Below, in pieces: positions 8,997 to 22,522 of a stretch of DNA of 64,000 nucleotides; the stretch's first letter is position 1, and every line of letters starts with the position of its first letter. This stretch comes from Bdellovibrionales bacterium (GTDB lineage Bacteria > Bdellovibrionota > Bdellovibrionia > Bdellovibrionales > CAYMLA01). Under the pieces are notes generated by a model, which was not told the origin of the DNA, ran no database searches, and saw only the letters and a program-made list of their open reading frames with translations. Made by a program: the position numbers and the translations under genes. The DNA lies in contig OZ244239.1 in the NCBI GenBank assembly GCA_965217115.1, positions 1,248,001-1,312,000 on the forward strand, read 5' to 3'.

Positions 8997-11421
8997 CAGT
9001 AATTAAGGCGAGACCTTTAACTGTTTCGTTAGAAGAGAGATTCATTAGCCTTACCCCTTGAGTGTTTCTTCCTAAGACTGAAATATCTGAACAGGCCATA
9101 CGGATAACCTTACCCTGGTCAGTAATAACCATGATGTCTTCATTGCCCTCAACTTTACGTGTTGAAACAACCTTCCCTACTTTATCTGTTGTCTTTTGAG
9201 TAATGATTCCCACTCCTCCGCGACTTTGGCAACGATACTCTCCGACTTTAGTTCTTTTCCCATAGCCTTTCTCTGTAACCATTAACACTGTCGTGTCTTC
9301 TTCTTTAGAGATTATGTCCATGCCGATAACTTCATCGTCTTTACCTAAAGAAATTCCCTTAACTCCTCTAGCTGAACGACCCATGGAGCGTACATCAGAT
9401 TCATTAAAACGAATCGACATTCCTGATCTCGTTGCAATAAAAACGTCATCATTTCCTGAGCTTAATTTTGCTTGCAAAACAGTGTCGTCGACATTGGTTG
9501 TTAAGGCGATAACTCCGGAGGGACGTGGCTTAGAGAAAACCGATAATTGTGTTTTTTTAATAATCCCCTTTTTCGTTAGCATAACAACATATTTATTCGG
9601 GTCAAAACCCTCAACAGGTAATATTGCCCTTACTTTTTCACTCTTGTCTAAGTTGACAACATTGGCAATAGCTCTGCCTTTAGAGATTCTTGTTCCTAAA
9701 GGCAAGCGATAAACTTTTTGCCAATATAATTTCCCTTTATCAGTAAAAACAAGCAGTGTTGTTAAGCTGTTTGCAAAAAAGATGCGGTCAATAAAATCTT
9801 CTTCCCTTGTTTCCATGCCCTTAAGGCCCTTGCCGCCCCTCTTCTGAGTTCGATACTGATCCGAAGAGATTCTCTTAATATAACCCGTGTGTGTTAAAGT
9901 AACAATCATGTCCTCTTTAGCAATAAGGTCTTCGTCTTCAATGTCTGAATTATCAAGGCTTATCTGTGTTCTTCTTTTGTCAGAAAATCGTTTTTTTATA
10001 TCCTCTAATTCTTCAACAATAATTTTATAGATCTCGTTAACATCACCTAGAACCATTCTTAGCCAGTTTATTTTTTTCATAAGCTCGTCTAGTTCTTTTA
10101 AAATTTTCTCTTTTTCAAGTCCTGTGAGTCTCTGTAATTTCATCTCTAAAATAGCTTGAGCCTGTTTTTCTGTATACTCAAACCGCTCTATTAAAGCACT
10201 TCTCGCAGAATTGGCATCACGGCTTTCTTTGATTGTTTTAATGACTTCGTCGATTTGGTCTAAAGCCTTTCTCAGCCCTTCAAGTATGTGCGCTCGTGCT
10301 TCTGCTTTCTTTAAATCGAAAATGCAACGTCTCGTGACAACGTTCTTGCGGTGATCAATAAATGATTCAAGCATGGCTTTTAAATTAAAAACACGGGGTT
10401 GATTTCGAGCATCCAGCGCCAAAAATATAATACCGAAGCTCACTTGCATCTGCGTGTATTTATAAAGGCGATTAAGAAGAACATTTGCGTTTTCATTTTT
10501 CTTTACGTTAATAACAATGCGCATTCCTTCTCGGGAAGACTCATCTTTAATATCAGATATTCCTTCTATTCTTTTGTCTCTAACTAATTGAGCCATGCTT
10601 TCAATCAATTTAGCTTTATTCACCTGATAAGGAAGCTCCGTCACGATAATATCTTCACGCCCGTCTTTTTTAATAATAATCTCGGCCACAGCCTTGATTG
10701 TAATAACACCCTTTCCTTTTTTGTAGGCTGACTGGAGTCCATTTGTTCCTGAAAGAACGCCAGCTGTTGGAAAATCTGGCCCTTTAATATGTCCCATAAG
10801 ATCATCAATTGTTACTTCTGGATTATCAATAAGAGCAATACACCCATCCACAACTTCCCCTAAATTATGAGGAGGAATATTTGTTGCCATTCCAACTGCA
10901 ATTCCAGAACTTCCGTTAATTAAAAGGTTGGGGATCTTAGCCGGTAGCACAAGGGGTAACTCTAAGGAGTCATCATAGTTCGGCCCCCATGGAATTGTTT
11001 CTTTTTCAATATCCTCTAAAAGCTCTTCAGCCATTTTAGTCATGCGAACTTCTGTATAGCGCTGTGCAGCAGCTCTATCTCCATCAATAGAGCCAAAGTT
11101 ACCCTGTCCATCAATTAGAGGGTAACGCATAGAAAAACCCTGTGCCATACGAACCATCGTATCGTAAACAGCAACATCACCATGGGGGTGGTACTTACCT
11201 ATAACATCTCCAACAACACGTGCTGATTTTTTATATGGTTTGTCGTGAGTGTTATTTAAAACATGTTGTGCATATAAAATTCTTTTATGCACTGGTTTTA
11301 AGCCGTCACGAACATCCGGTAAAGCTCGGCCAACAATTACGCTCATAGAATACTGAAGATAAGCTTCACGCATTTCTTTGCTTATATCTACATCAGTTAT
11401 TCCTAATTCATTCATTGCCAT
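8965..11421 (-). CDS. gyrA: DNA gyrase subunit A
   Basis: [23 protein letters not shown], GyrA-box QKRGGKG, C-terminal pinwheel repeats. Confidence 0.98.
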   Translation of the reverse strand: MAMNELGITDVDISKEMREAYLQYSMSVIVGRALPDVRDGLKPVHKRILYAQHVLNNTHDKPYKKSARVVGDVIGKYHPHGDVAVYDTMVRMAQGFSMRYPLIDGQGNFGSIDGDRAAAQRYTEVRMTKMAEELLEDIEKETIPWGPNYDDSLELPLVLPAKIPNLLINGSSGIAVGMATNIPPHNLGEVVDGCIALIDNPEVTIDDLMGHIKGPDFPTAGVLSGTNGLQSAYKKGKGVITIKAVAEIIIKKDGREDIIVTELPYQVNKAKLIESMAQLVRDKRIEGISDIKDESSREGMRIVINVKKNENANVLLNRLYKYTQMQVSFGIIFLALDARNQPRVFNLKAMLESFIDHRKNVVTRRCIFDLKKAEARAHILEGLRKALDQIDEVIKTIKESRDANSARSALIERFEYTEKQAQAILEMKLQRLTGLEKEKILKELDELMKKINWLRMVLGDVNEIYKIIVEELEDIKKRFSDKRRTQISLDNSDIEDEDLIAKEDMIVTLTHTGYIKRISSDQYRTQKRGGKGLKGMETREEDFIDRIFFANSLTTLLVFTDKGKLYWQKVYRLPLGTRISKGRAIANVVNLDKSEKVRAILPVEGFDPNKYVVMLTKKGIIKKTQLSVFSKPRPSGVIALTTNVDDTVLQAKLSSGNDDVFIATRSGMSIRFNESDVRSMGRSARGVKGISLGKDDEVIGMDIISKEEDTTVLMVTEKGYGKRTKVGEYRCQSRGGVGIITQKTTDKVGKVVSTRKVEGNEDIMVITDQGKVIRMACSDISVLGRNTQGVRLMNLSSNETVKGLALITDDDSREEKKD

Positions 11422-11438
11422 TCTTAATTACCCCAACA

Positions 11439-15015
<3,577 letters not shown>

Positions 15016-16128
15016 TTATATCCGCATCGGCATAACAACACAGGTGTAATTTGAATCTGTCTCTGGCCTAATCAAACCGGGAGAAAGTTGATCTTTTAGT
15101 TCTAATTTTATGTTTTCTTCATTGATACTACTTAAAACTTCTAAAATATATTTTGCATTAAAACCAATTTTCAACTCATTTCCTTCATAATTAATTTCAA
15201 CTTCTTCTTTAGAATCACCAAGATCAGGATTATTAGAAGTGATCTCCATTTTGCCAGAGTTAAAAGTAAAAGTAACTCCTTTAGACTTTTGGTTAGAGAG
15301 AAGAGACACTCTTTTTAAAGAAGTCAGAAGATTGTTTTTTTGTAAATTAATAACTGATGAGAGCTTTTTAGGAAGAAGTTGCTCATAATTTGGATATTTC
15401 CCTTCAATTAACCTTATCATTAAAAGAGTTGTTTTATAGCGAATAACAACTTGAGAACCCTCTACAGCTATTTCAAACTCACCATCGACGGCATCTAATA
15501 GTTTTTTTATTTCAGAAAGACCTTTCCGAGGAATAATAACCCCGCTATTAATATTTATTTCCTCATTTGAAGTTCTATCAATCATCGATAAGCGGTGGCC
15601 ATCTGTTGCAACCATACGATAAAAAGTTTTATTATTTTTTGAATATTGTTCGAAATAAACTCCATTCAAATGATAACGTGTTTCATCACTAGAGACACTG
15701 TAAATTGTTTTTTCTATCATTTCACAAATAATAGCTGCTGACATTTTAACAAATTTTTCTGCTGAGTGAGTTGGCAGTTTAGGGTATTCTTTAACACTAA
15801 TACCAACAATGTTTGAAACAGATTTATTTTGTTTTATCTCTAGCCAATTATTTTCTTTTTTAGTTAAGTGAATTTTTCCCTCGTTTAATTCTCTAATAAC
15901 ATCAAAAAAAACTTTAGCTCCAACTGCAACTTGCCCTTCTTTTTTTATGTTTGCAGAAACTTGATCTGTTAAACTAACTTCTAAATCTGTCGCAAAAACA
16001 GTTAAAGCATTTTTACCGGTGCTCAGCAAGATATTTACCAAGACAGGCATCGTATTTCTTACCTCAACAATTTTTTGTGTTTTAGAAATCAGGTCCATTA
16101 AATCTTTCTTTTCTATCTCTAATTTCAT
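15016..16128 (-). CDS. dnaN: DNA polymerase III beta clamp
   Basis: ATDLE, ATDGHRLS, GFNAKY, C-terminal MPMRI. Confidence 0.97.
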   Translation of the reverse strand: MKLEIEKKDLMDLISKTQKIVEVRNTMPVLVNILLSTGKNALTVFATDLEVSLTDQVSANIKKEGQVAVGAKVFFDVIRELNEGKIHLTKKENNWLEIKQNKSVSNIVGISVKEYPKLPTHSAEKFVKMSAAIICEMIEKTIYSVSSDETRYHLNGVYFEQYSKNNKTFYRMVATDGHRLSMIDRTSNEEININSGVIIPRKGLSEIKKLLDAVDGEFEIAVEGSQVVIRYKTTLLMIRLIEGKYPNYEQLLPKKLSSVINLQKNNLLTSLKRVSLLSNQKSKGVTFTFNSGKMEITSNNPDLGDSKEEVEINYEGNELKIGFNAKYILEVLSSINEENIKLELKDQLSPGLIRPETDSNYTCVVMPMRI

Positions 16129-16380
16129 CTCTTTTTTCCATCCTTTATTTACTATATATTATTAATATTATTAATAAGTAGAAGTAGTAGTGGTGTAGAT
16201 TGTGTGTGTTTCTTGTCAACCCTTCGAAAACACTTAATAATTACTGTGGATATCTCACTTCATATTCCCCTTGTCTATTCTATTTTTTTGTTAATAAGTT
16301 TAATCCACAAATTTGATAACACGTTTTTACACAGAGTTTTCCACAGAGGTTATCTACATCCCTGTGATATTGTGGATTTT
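16129..16380. other. Chromosomal replication origin oriC (dnaA-dnaN intergenic region)
   Basis: DnaA-box-like 9-mers: TGTGGATAT 16245-16253, TAATCCACA 16301-16309, TTTTACACA 16325-16333, TTTTCCACA 16337-16345, TTATCTACA 16350-16358, TGTGGATTT 16371-16379. AT-rich tract ~16144-16177 and TAG/AAG trios at 16176-16190. By eye the + strand is C-rich to the left and G-rich to the right. Confidence 0.88.
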
Positions 16381-17757
16381 ATTTGTTAACTCCTCGATAT
16401 CTCGTTTTAAATCTAAATTTTTCGTCTGTAGATTCGTTATTTTTCGGACGGCACTAATAACGGTCGTATGATCTCTGCCACCAAACGCCCGGCCAATATC
16501 TACAAGGGACTTATCTAAGTGTTTTTTTATTAAATACATAGCAACTTGACGCGCTATAACAACAGGTTTTGATCGTCCTTTGGATTTTAATTCTGAAATT
16601 TTAATGTCGTAATGCTCAGAGGCCAGTTTTTGAATTTCCTCTAAGCTGATAGAGGCTGGGTCGTCATGAATTGAGAGGATTTTTTTAGCAATTTCTAAGT
16701 TCATTTTAAGGCCCTGTAACTCGGCAAACATTTTAACCTTATTTAAATTTCCCTCAAGCTCACGAATTGATCTTTTTGAAATCCGTGAAATATAATTTAT
16801 AACCTCCCCAGGAAGGGAAAAACCAATTTGCTCGGCTTTATAACGCAAGATAGCAATGCGAGTTTCAAGGTCGGGCATTTGAATATCAGCAATTAAACCC
16901 CACTCTAAGCGCGAGCGAATACGATCTTCTAAACCATTAATATCTTTAGGCATTCGGTCACTTGCAACGACAACTTGCAGGTTTTTTTCAAAAAAATGAT
17001 TAATTGTGTGAAAAAATTCCTCAGGGGTCGCCTGCCCGCGACCAAGAAATTGACCGTCATCCATTAGCAAAACATCACATTGATTGCGAAATTTATTTCG
17101 AAAACTTTCCATGGTTTTTCTATGGATATTAGAGACGACTTCATTCATAAATCTTTCAGCGGAGATATAAACAACCCTTAATTCAGGCCTATTCTCTCGA
17201 ATCTGGTTACCAACAGCATTTAGTAAATGAGTTTTTCCCATTCCTACAGGGCCGCAAATAAAGAGAGGATTATAACCACCGACACCTGGGTTTTGAGCGA
17301 CGTTGTAAGAAGCTGCGTGGGCAAACTCATTATTTCGACCAACAACAAAGGTTGAAAAAGAGTAATTCCGATTAAGGGCATCTTGCCGAGATGGAGGTTT
17401 TTTTAACTGTGGGCTCTGTTGAGAATCAATACTTTGGACTTCAGACCCGTCTCCTTCAGGTTTGAGAGGGGCTTGCGTCTGTCCCGTCACTTCAAATTCA
17501 ATTTCGAAGCCCCCCTTGTAAACAGCTGAAATCTCTAGGCAGATTCTGTCAAAAAGATTTTCTATTATCCAATACTTGTGGAGTTTTGTAGGCACTCCGA
17601 GGCGCATCTTAGAGTGGCCATTTTTATCAGTTATCACAGAGATCAACTCAGTTGGCTCAAACCAAGTTTGAAGTAATTTATTGTTAGAGTTTTTAATTTT
17701 AAGACTATTCTTAATTGCGGACCAAAGTTCTTTATTTTCGTTTAATTCAATTTCCAA
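16354..17757 (-). CDS. dnaA: Chromosomal replication initiator DnaA (start moved to TTG 17757 behind AGAGAGG)
   Basis: FVVGRNN, YNPLFICGPVGMGKTHLL, RSRLEWG, RELEG, GGRDHTTV. Confidence 0.97.
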   Translation of the reverse strand: MEIELNENKELWSAIKNSLKIKNSNNKLLQTWFEPTELISVITDKNGHSKMRLGVPTKLHKYWIIENLFDRICLEISAVYKGGFEIEFEVTGQTQAPLKPEGDGSEVQSIDSQQSPQLKKPPSRQDALNRNYSFSTFVVGRNNEFAHAASYNVAQNPGVGGYNPLFICGPVGMGKTHLLNAVGNQIRENRPELRVVYISAERFMNEVVSNIHRKTMESFRNKFRNQCDVLLMDDGQFLGRGQATPEEFFHTINHFFEKNLQVVVASDRMPKDINGLEDRIRSRLEWGLIADIQMPDLETRIAILRYKAEQIGFSLPGEVINYISRISKRSIRELEGNLNKVKMFAELQGLKMNLEIAKKILSIHDDPASISLEEIQKLASEHYDIKISELKSKGRSKPVVIARQVAMYLIKKHLDKSLVDIGRAFGGRDHTTVISAVRKITNLQTKNLDLKRDIEELTNKIHNITGM

Positions 17758-18043
17758 TAGGGCCTCTCTTACGCTGATCGTATTTATTCTTGATGCACAC
17801 GCAAAAACCAAGCCTAAATTGGATCTATGTATGATTTATAGGGTGCTTTTACTAAGATGATAAAATTCTGAAATTTTGTCTAGATGTGATTTTTGAAGGT
17901 CATAACAGAGATAAAGTGACTTTTCAATACCTTGACCTGTTTGCTGCAATGTGCTTTTATCCTGGCTTAATTTAATAAGCCTAAAGAAAAAAATAAATAA
18001 CTTACGTTTATATGGCATTATTTCTAATCAGGAGTCTTTAGAT

Positions 18044-18193
18044 ATGAAAAGAACATTTCAACCGAGTCGAAAAAAGAGAGCAGGGGCCCATGGCTTTCGC
18101 TCTCGAATGGCAACAAAAAGTGGTCAAGACACAATTTCTCGTCGTCGAACCAAGGGGCGAAAGCGCTTAACAGTTGCTGTTGGTGGAAAATAA
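18044..18193 (+). CDS. rpmH: 50S ribosomal protein L34
   Basis: [23 protein letters not shown] upstream of ATG 18044. Confidence 0.97.
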   Translation: MKRTFQPSRKKRAGAHGFRSRMATKSGQDTISRRRTKGRKRLTVAVGGK

Positions 18194-18198
18194 AGAGT

Positions 18199-18588
18199 TT
18201 GTTAAAAGTTCTCAAAAGGCGGAGTCAGTTTTCTACGATCAAAAAGAATGGCAAGCGTTTCTTTTCAGACCGCTGGTTGCTCATTAACTACTTAAGCAAT
18301 CCAAACCTTGAAAACTCTTTTGAAAAAGCCAGCCCTAAAGAAATTCAAGTGGGATGGACGATTTCTAAGAAAGTCGGAAAAGCGGTTGTTAGAAACAAGT
18401 TAAAACGATGGTGTAGAGAATATTTTAGGGAAGATATAAAGAAAAACTCCTATGACTTTTCGATGCACGTGAATATTGTACTACGCAAAGCCGATAAGGG
18501 TTTGTATAAGTCAATCCGCCGGGAGTGTTTTTTGGAAAAGTTAAACGAAGGATGGATTGAAGTTGTTAAAAAAAACCAAAAGAGCTGA
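18199..18588 (+). CDS. rnpA: Ribonuclease P protein component
   Basis: ISKKVGKAVVRNKLKR motif; position after rpmH. Confidence 0.93.
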   Translation: MLKVLKRRSQFSTIKKNGKRFFSDRWLLINYLSNPNLENSFEKASPKEIQVGWTISKKVGKAVVRNKLKRWCREYFREDIKKNSYDFSMHVNIVLRKADKGLYKSIRRECFLEKLNEGWIEVVKKNQKS

Positions 18589-18856
18589 AATTATTTTTAA
18601 TAAATTAAGTCGTCTTGGACTTCTAGTTGTTTATTTTTATCAACGCAGTTTTGCGTTGTTTCTAGGGGGAGCCTGTCGTTTTCAACCAAGTTGTTCTGAG
18701 TACGCTGTGTCGGCCTTGAAAACCAGTGACTTTCCGAAAGCCGTAAAATTAATTATTAAAAGACTACTTAAATGCCAGCCCTTCGGGCCCTACGGATACG
18801 ATCCAGTGCCTTGTTGCGAAAAGAAAGATATTAAAAGGCAAATTTATGGAAAATAG
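18557..18856 (+). CDS. yidD: Membrane protein insertion efficiency factor
   Basis: CRFQPSCSEY..RLLKCQPF..GYDPVP. Confidence 0.93.
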   Translation: MKLLKKTKRAEIIFNKLSRLGLLVVYFYQRSFALFLGGACRFQPSCSEYAVSALKTSDFPKAVKLIIKRLLKCQPFGPYGYDPVPCCEKKDIKRQIYGK

Positions 18857-20480
18857 AAATGGCAATTTTATGGACCCTAAGACGATATTTGCTGTCGTTT
18901 TAGTTGGATTAATGTGGTTTGGTTGGCAGTATCACTTACAACAGAAATACCCCGAGGCCTACAAGAAGAAAGAGACGGCCAAAAGAAGCCAAGGTATTAA
19001 AAAGAGTTTAGAACCCCCTCAAGCAGCAATGGGAAGGCAAAAAGAAAGGGAGCCGTTTCAAAAAGAAACTAAAGAGAAAAAAGAGCGTATTTATGAATAC
19101 TCTTCAGAAAACGTAGACTTTGAAATTTCCTCTCAGGGAATGGCCCTGCAAAATGTTTATTTAAAAAAATACACAGACAGGGAAAATCAGACAATTGTTC
19201 TTAATTCAAAAAACAATAATTTCCCTTTTAAATCTTTGCAAAGTAATTTCGTTGATTCTGATGAAGCTATCCCATTTGAAATTTCAAAAAAAGATGAGAA
19301 CACCTATGTTGGCCACTATGTCACAGAATTTATTAAAATTGAAAAAACACTCTTTATAGACCCGGTTCACTATACGATTAGCAGTGTGATAGAAATTTCA
19401 AAAATATCAAAAAACTTCAAGGGCATAAGTGTTTTTCTAACAGAGAAAATGGAGAGTGGAGAGGACAAAGGTTCTTTTTTTATGCCTCAGTTTGGTCGAC
19501 AAGAGGCTTATGTTTCTTATGAAGACACAGACAATCGCGTTCCCCTTGCAGCAAGCGAGAATATTGATAGAGATGAGGCGCACTACAAACAAGTTAATTT
19601 AATAGCTCTGAGTAGCCACTATTTTTCGACAGCGCTTATCGACAAATCAGCAATACTTCCAGAGGTGAAAATAGAACAAAATAAAGCGGCTCAAATGATT
19701 GTCGCCCGTGTTGATTACAAGCCAACAAATCACCTCAATTCCTTAGAAATAAAGAGCTTGTTTTTCATCGGTCCGAAATCAGCAAACCTGATGGAAGAAG
19801 TTGATGGAGTCTTGGCAAAAGTCATTGATTTTGGAATTTTTCACTCTTTAGCAGTTCCGATGTTAAAATTGATGAATTGGTTCTTTAGCCTTTTTGGGAA
19901 CTACGGCTTAGCTATTATACTCCTCACTTTAGCGGTGAGAACGGTTGTTCTTCCCTTTAATTTAATGTCGTATAAATCAATGAAAACGATGCAAAAAGTC
20001 CAGCCACAAATCAAGGCGTTAAGAGAAAAGTATAAAGAGGAACCACAAAAACTGAATCAAGAAATGCTTGTTCTTATGCGAGAAAATAAAGCGAATCCCC
20101 TGGGGGGATGTTTACCCATGCTTTTGCAATTCCCTGTCTTTATTGCTCTATATCAAGTGTTTGGGCAAAGTATTGAATTGTACAAAGCCCCGTTTGCTCT
20201 ATGGATTTCGGACTTGAGCCTAAAAGACCCCTATTTTATTCTACCAATTGCCATGGGAATAACCATGTTTTTACAACAAAAGATCACCCCGACAAGCATG
20301 GACCCAGCTCAAGCTAAAATACTAATGTTCATGCCTATAATGTTCACTCTTTTTATGTTATTTCTACCGAGCGCCTTAACGCTTTATATTTTTATAAGTA
20401 CTTTATATGCTATTTTACAGCAAATTTTATTTTTAAAAGACAAAAAGAAAAGCAAGGCTGTAACCACTGCCAATGCTTAA
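18846..20480 (+). CDS. yidC: Membrane protein insertase
   Basis: NYGLAIILLT, NPLGGCLPMLLQ, WISDLS..DPYFILP. Confidence 0.96.
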   Translation: MENRNGNFMDPKTIFAVVLVGLMWFGWQYHLQQKYPEAYKKKETAKRSQGIKKSLEPPQAAMGRQKEREPFQKETKEKKERIYEYSSENVDFEISSQGMALQNVYLKKYTDRENQTIVLNSKNNNFPFKSLQSNFVDSDEAIPFEISKKDENTYVGHYVTEFIKIEKTLFIDPVHYTISSVIEISKISKNFKGISVFLTEKMESGEDKGSFFMPQFGRQEAYVSYEDTDNRVPLAASENIDRDEAHYKQVNLIALSSHYFSTALIDKSAILPEVKIEQNKAAQMIVARVDYKPTNHLNSLEIKSLFFIGPKSANLMEEVDGVLAKVIDFGIFHSLAVPMLKLMNWFFSLFGNYGLAIILLTLAVRTVVLPFNLMSYKSMKTMQKVQPQIKALREKYKEEPQKLNQEMLVLMRENKANPLGGCLPMLLQFPVFIALYQVFGQSIELYKAPFALWISDLSLKDPYFILPIAMGITMFLQQKITPTSMDPAQAKILMFMPIMFTLFMLFLPSALTLYIFISTLYAILQQILFLKDKKKSKAVTTANA

Positions 20481-20506
20481 CGAAATACAGACAGAAGGGA
20501 GGAAAA

Positions 20507-21052
20507 GTGGGATTTTTTAGTAAAATTTTTGGTGGACAAAAGGGAGCCTCAAAAGAAGTTAAAGCCTTGGTTGATGAAACTATTCAAGGGGTTTTAGAAA
20601 GAAGCGGGCTAGAGCTTTCTTATGAGTTAAAGGTCGTGGAGGGAAAAGGCGACAGATACGACACGCTTCATGTTGAATTTTTTGGTCCTGATGAAGAGAT
20701 GTTAACAGAGAGAGAGGGACAATTGTTGGAGTCGTTACAGCTTTTACTCAAAAGAATTTTGCAACACAATATAAACGGAGAGCCTTATAATGTCTTGTTT
20801 GATTCAAACGATTTTCGTAGCAACGTTGACAAGGCCTTGGTCGAATTAGCTGAAAAGCTTAAGGGAATTGCCATTGACAAAGGAAAGCCCGTTTATTTTC
20901 GAGCCCTTCCACCGAAAGATCGAAAAACAGTGCATCAACACCTCTCTTCAGACGACCGAGTAAAAAGTCGCTCTGTTGGAGATGGCTTGTATAAGAAAAT
21001 AAAAATTTTCCCAGCAAAGTCTCAACAACAGCGAAATGAAGCTAGAAGATAG
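20507..21052 (+). CDS. Jag/EloR-like KH-R3H RNA-binding protein
   Basis: R3H motif RKTVH; degenerate KH domain; position between yidC and mnmE. Confidence 0.8.
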   Translation: MGFFSKIFGGQKGASKEVKALVDETIQGVLERSGLELSYELKVVEGKGDRYDTLHVEFFGPDEEMLTEREGQLLESLQLLLKRILQHNINGEPYNVLFDSNDFRSNVDKALVELAEKLKGIAIDKGKPVYFRALPPKDRKTVHQHLSSDDRVKSRSVGDGLYKKIKIFPAKSQQQRNEARR

Positions 21053-21083
21053 CTCTTTAGATATTTTTGATTGAGATTTAGAT

Positions 21084-22478
21084 ATGTGGAAGCCCTTAAA
21101 TGACAAAGAAACAATTTGCGCGGTTTCGAGCCCATCAGGAGTTGGTGGGCTTTCGGTTATTCGAATAAGCGGTTCAAAATCATTGAACTACCTAAGAGAG
21201 CTCTCTTTTTTGTTTCCTGAAAAACCAGAAAGTCACAAGGCCTATCTTACGCGGTTAAAATACTTGGACAAAAAAGATGTCATCGACGAGGTTCTTGCCA
21301 TTTATTTTGCCAAGGGAAGATCCTATACAGGAGAAGAAACAATTGAAATCTCCTGCCATGGCAACCCCTTTATTTGTTCAGAAATTATAAGAGTTTTTCT
21401 CTCCTTAGGTTGTCGAATTGCAGAGCCAGGAGAGTTTACTTATCGGGCCTTTATAAATGCCAAGATTGATTTAGTACAAGCTGAAAGCGTGCTGTCTTTA
21501 ATTAATTCTCAATCAAAGAATGCGGCAAAAAGCTCTTTAAAGCAGTTAAAAGGAGAACTCTCTGAACGTCTTTATGAAATAGAGAATATCTTAACCCATG
21601 TTTTAGCACACATAGAGGCGGGTATTGATTTTACCCATGAAGACATTGAGATAGACGAAGAAAAAAAACTAATTAAAGAAATCGAGGCAGCATCTAAAAA
21701 AATACAAACACTTGTTGAGACGTACAAACAAGGACGGGTTATTCAAGAGGGGCTTTCCGTGGCTTTATTGGGAGAGCCTAATGTGGGGAAATCTAGTTTA
21801 TTAAACTCTCTATTGGGCGCAGAGAGAGCGATTGTTACCGATACAGCAGGAACAACTCGCGATACGATTGAGGGATCGATAATTGTTGATAATCAACTTA
21901 TTAACTTTATTGATTCTGCTGGAGTTAGAGAATCAAAAAACAAGGTTGAAAAACTGGGCGTTCAAAGAGCTCTTGAAGCAGCAAGAGCAAGCGACAGAGT
22001 TCTTTTTATTATAGACATGACTCTTGAATCTACAGATTTTCGTATTTTAAATGAAATTGAAAAAGAAAAAGTAATTATTGTTTTAAACAAACAAGATATG
22101 GATAAAAATAATATTAAATATAAAAGGTGGCGGAAGATAATTTTAGAAAAAGGTTTTTCCGATGACGATCACTGCAAAACGGACACACTTTCTCAAAGAG
22201 GAACTGAGCCCCTACTTCGACTGTTAAAAGAGAAAAAAATAAATCAGCAGGATTTAGATAACTCGATTGTTATTACACAAGCCCGTCATTTTGATCTATT
22301 AACAAAAGCCCTTGATAGCTCAAAGAGGGCTTTGGCTGGGGTGAAAGAGAACATTGGTCTAGAGTTTATAGCTTTAGATCTCTATGAGTCCTTGAACTTT
22401 GTAAAAGAGGTTTTAGGAAAAAAATTTGACGATGATGTTATGGACCGGGTTTTTAAAGAGTTCTGCATAGGAAAGTAA
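21084..22478 (+). CDS. mnmE: tRNA modification GTPase
   Basis: GEPNVGKSS, GTTRD, DSAG, NKQD, terminal FCIGK. Confidence 0.97.
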   Translation: MWKPLNDKETICAVSSPSGVGGLSVIRISGSKSLNYLRELSFLFPEKPESHKAYLTRLKYLDKKDVIDEVLAIYFAKGRSYTGEETIEISCHGNPFICSEIIRVFLSLGCRIAEPGEFTYRAFINAKIDLVQAESVLSLINSQSKNAAKSSLKQLKGELSERLYEIENILTHVLAHIEAGIDFTHEDIEIDEEKKLIKEIEAASKKIQTLVETYKQGRVIQEGLSVALLGEPNVGKSSLLNSLLGAERAIVTDTAGTTRDTIEGSIIVDNQLINFIDSAGVRESKNKVEKLGVQRALEAARASDRVLFIIDMTLESTDFRILNEIEKEKVIIVLNKQDMDKNNIKYKRWRKIILEKGFSDDDHCKTDTLSQRGTEPLLRLLKEKKINQQDLDNSIVITQARHFDLLTKALDSSKRALAGVKENIGLEFIALDLYESLNFVKEVLGKKFDDDVMDRVFKEFCIGK

Positions 22479-22522
22479 AGAAGGCTGAAGCAAAAAAATA
22501 TTTTTACAAATGGAAAATCACC

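Noticed and set aside
16204..16389. 61-aa ORF across the dnaA-dnaN gap
   Set aside because: Overlaps the DnaA-box cluster of oriC and has no recognisable protein features
17836..18018. 60-aa ORF between dnaA and rpmH
   Set aside because: This is the expected divergent promoter region; no motif or RBS support
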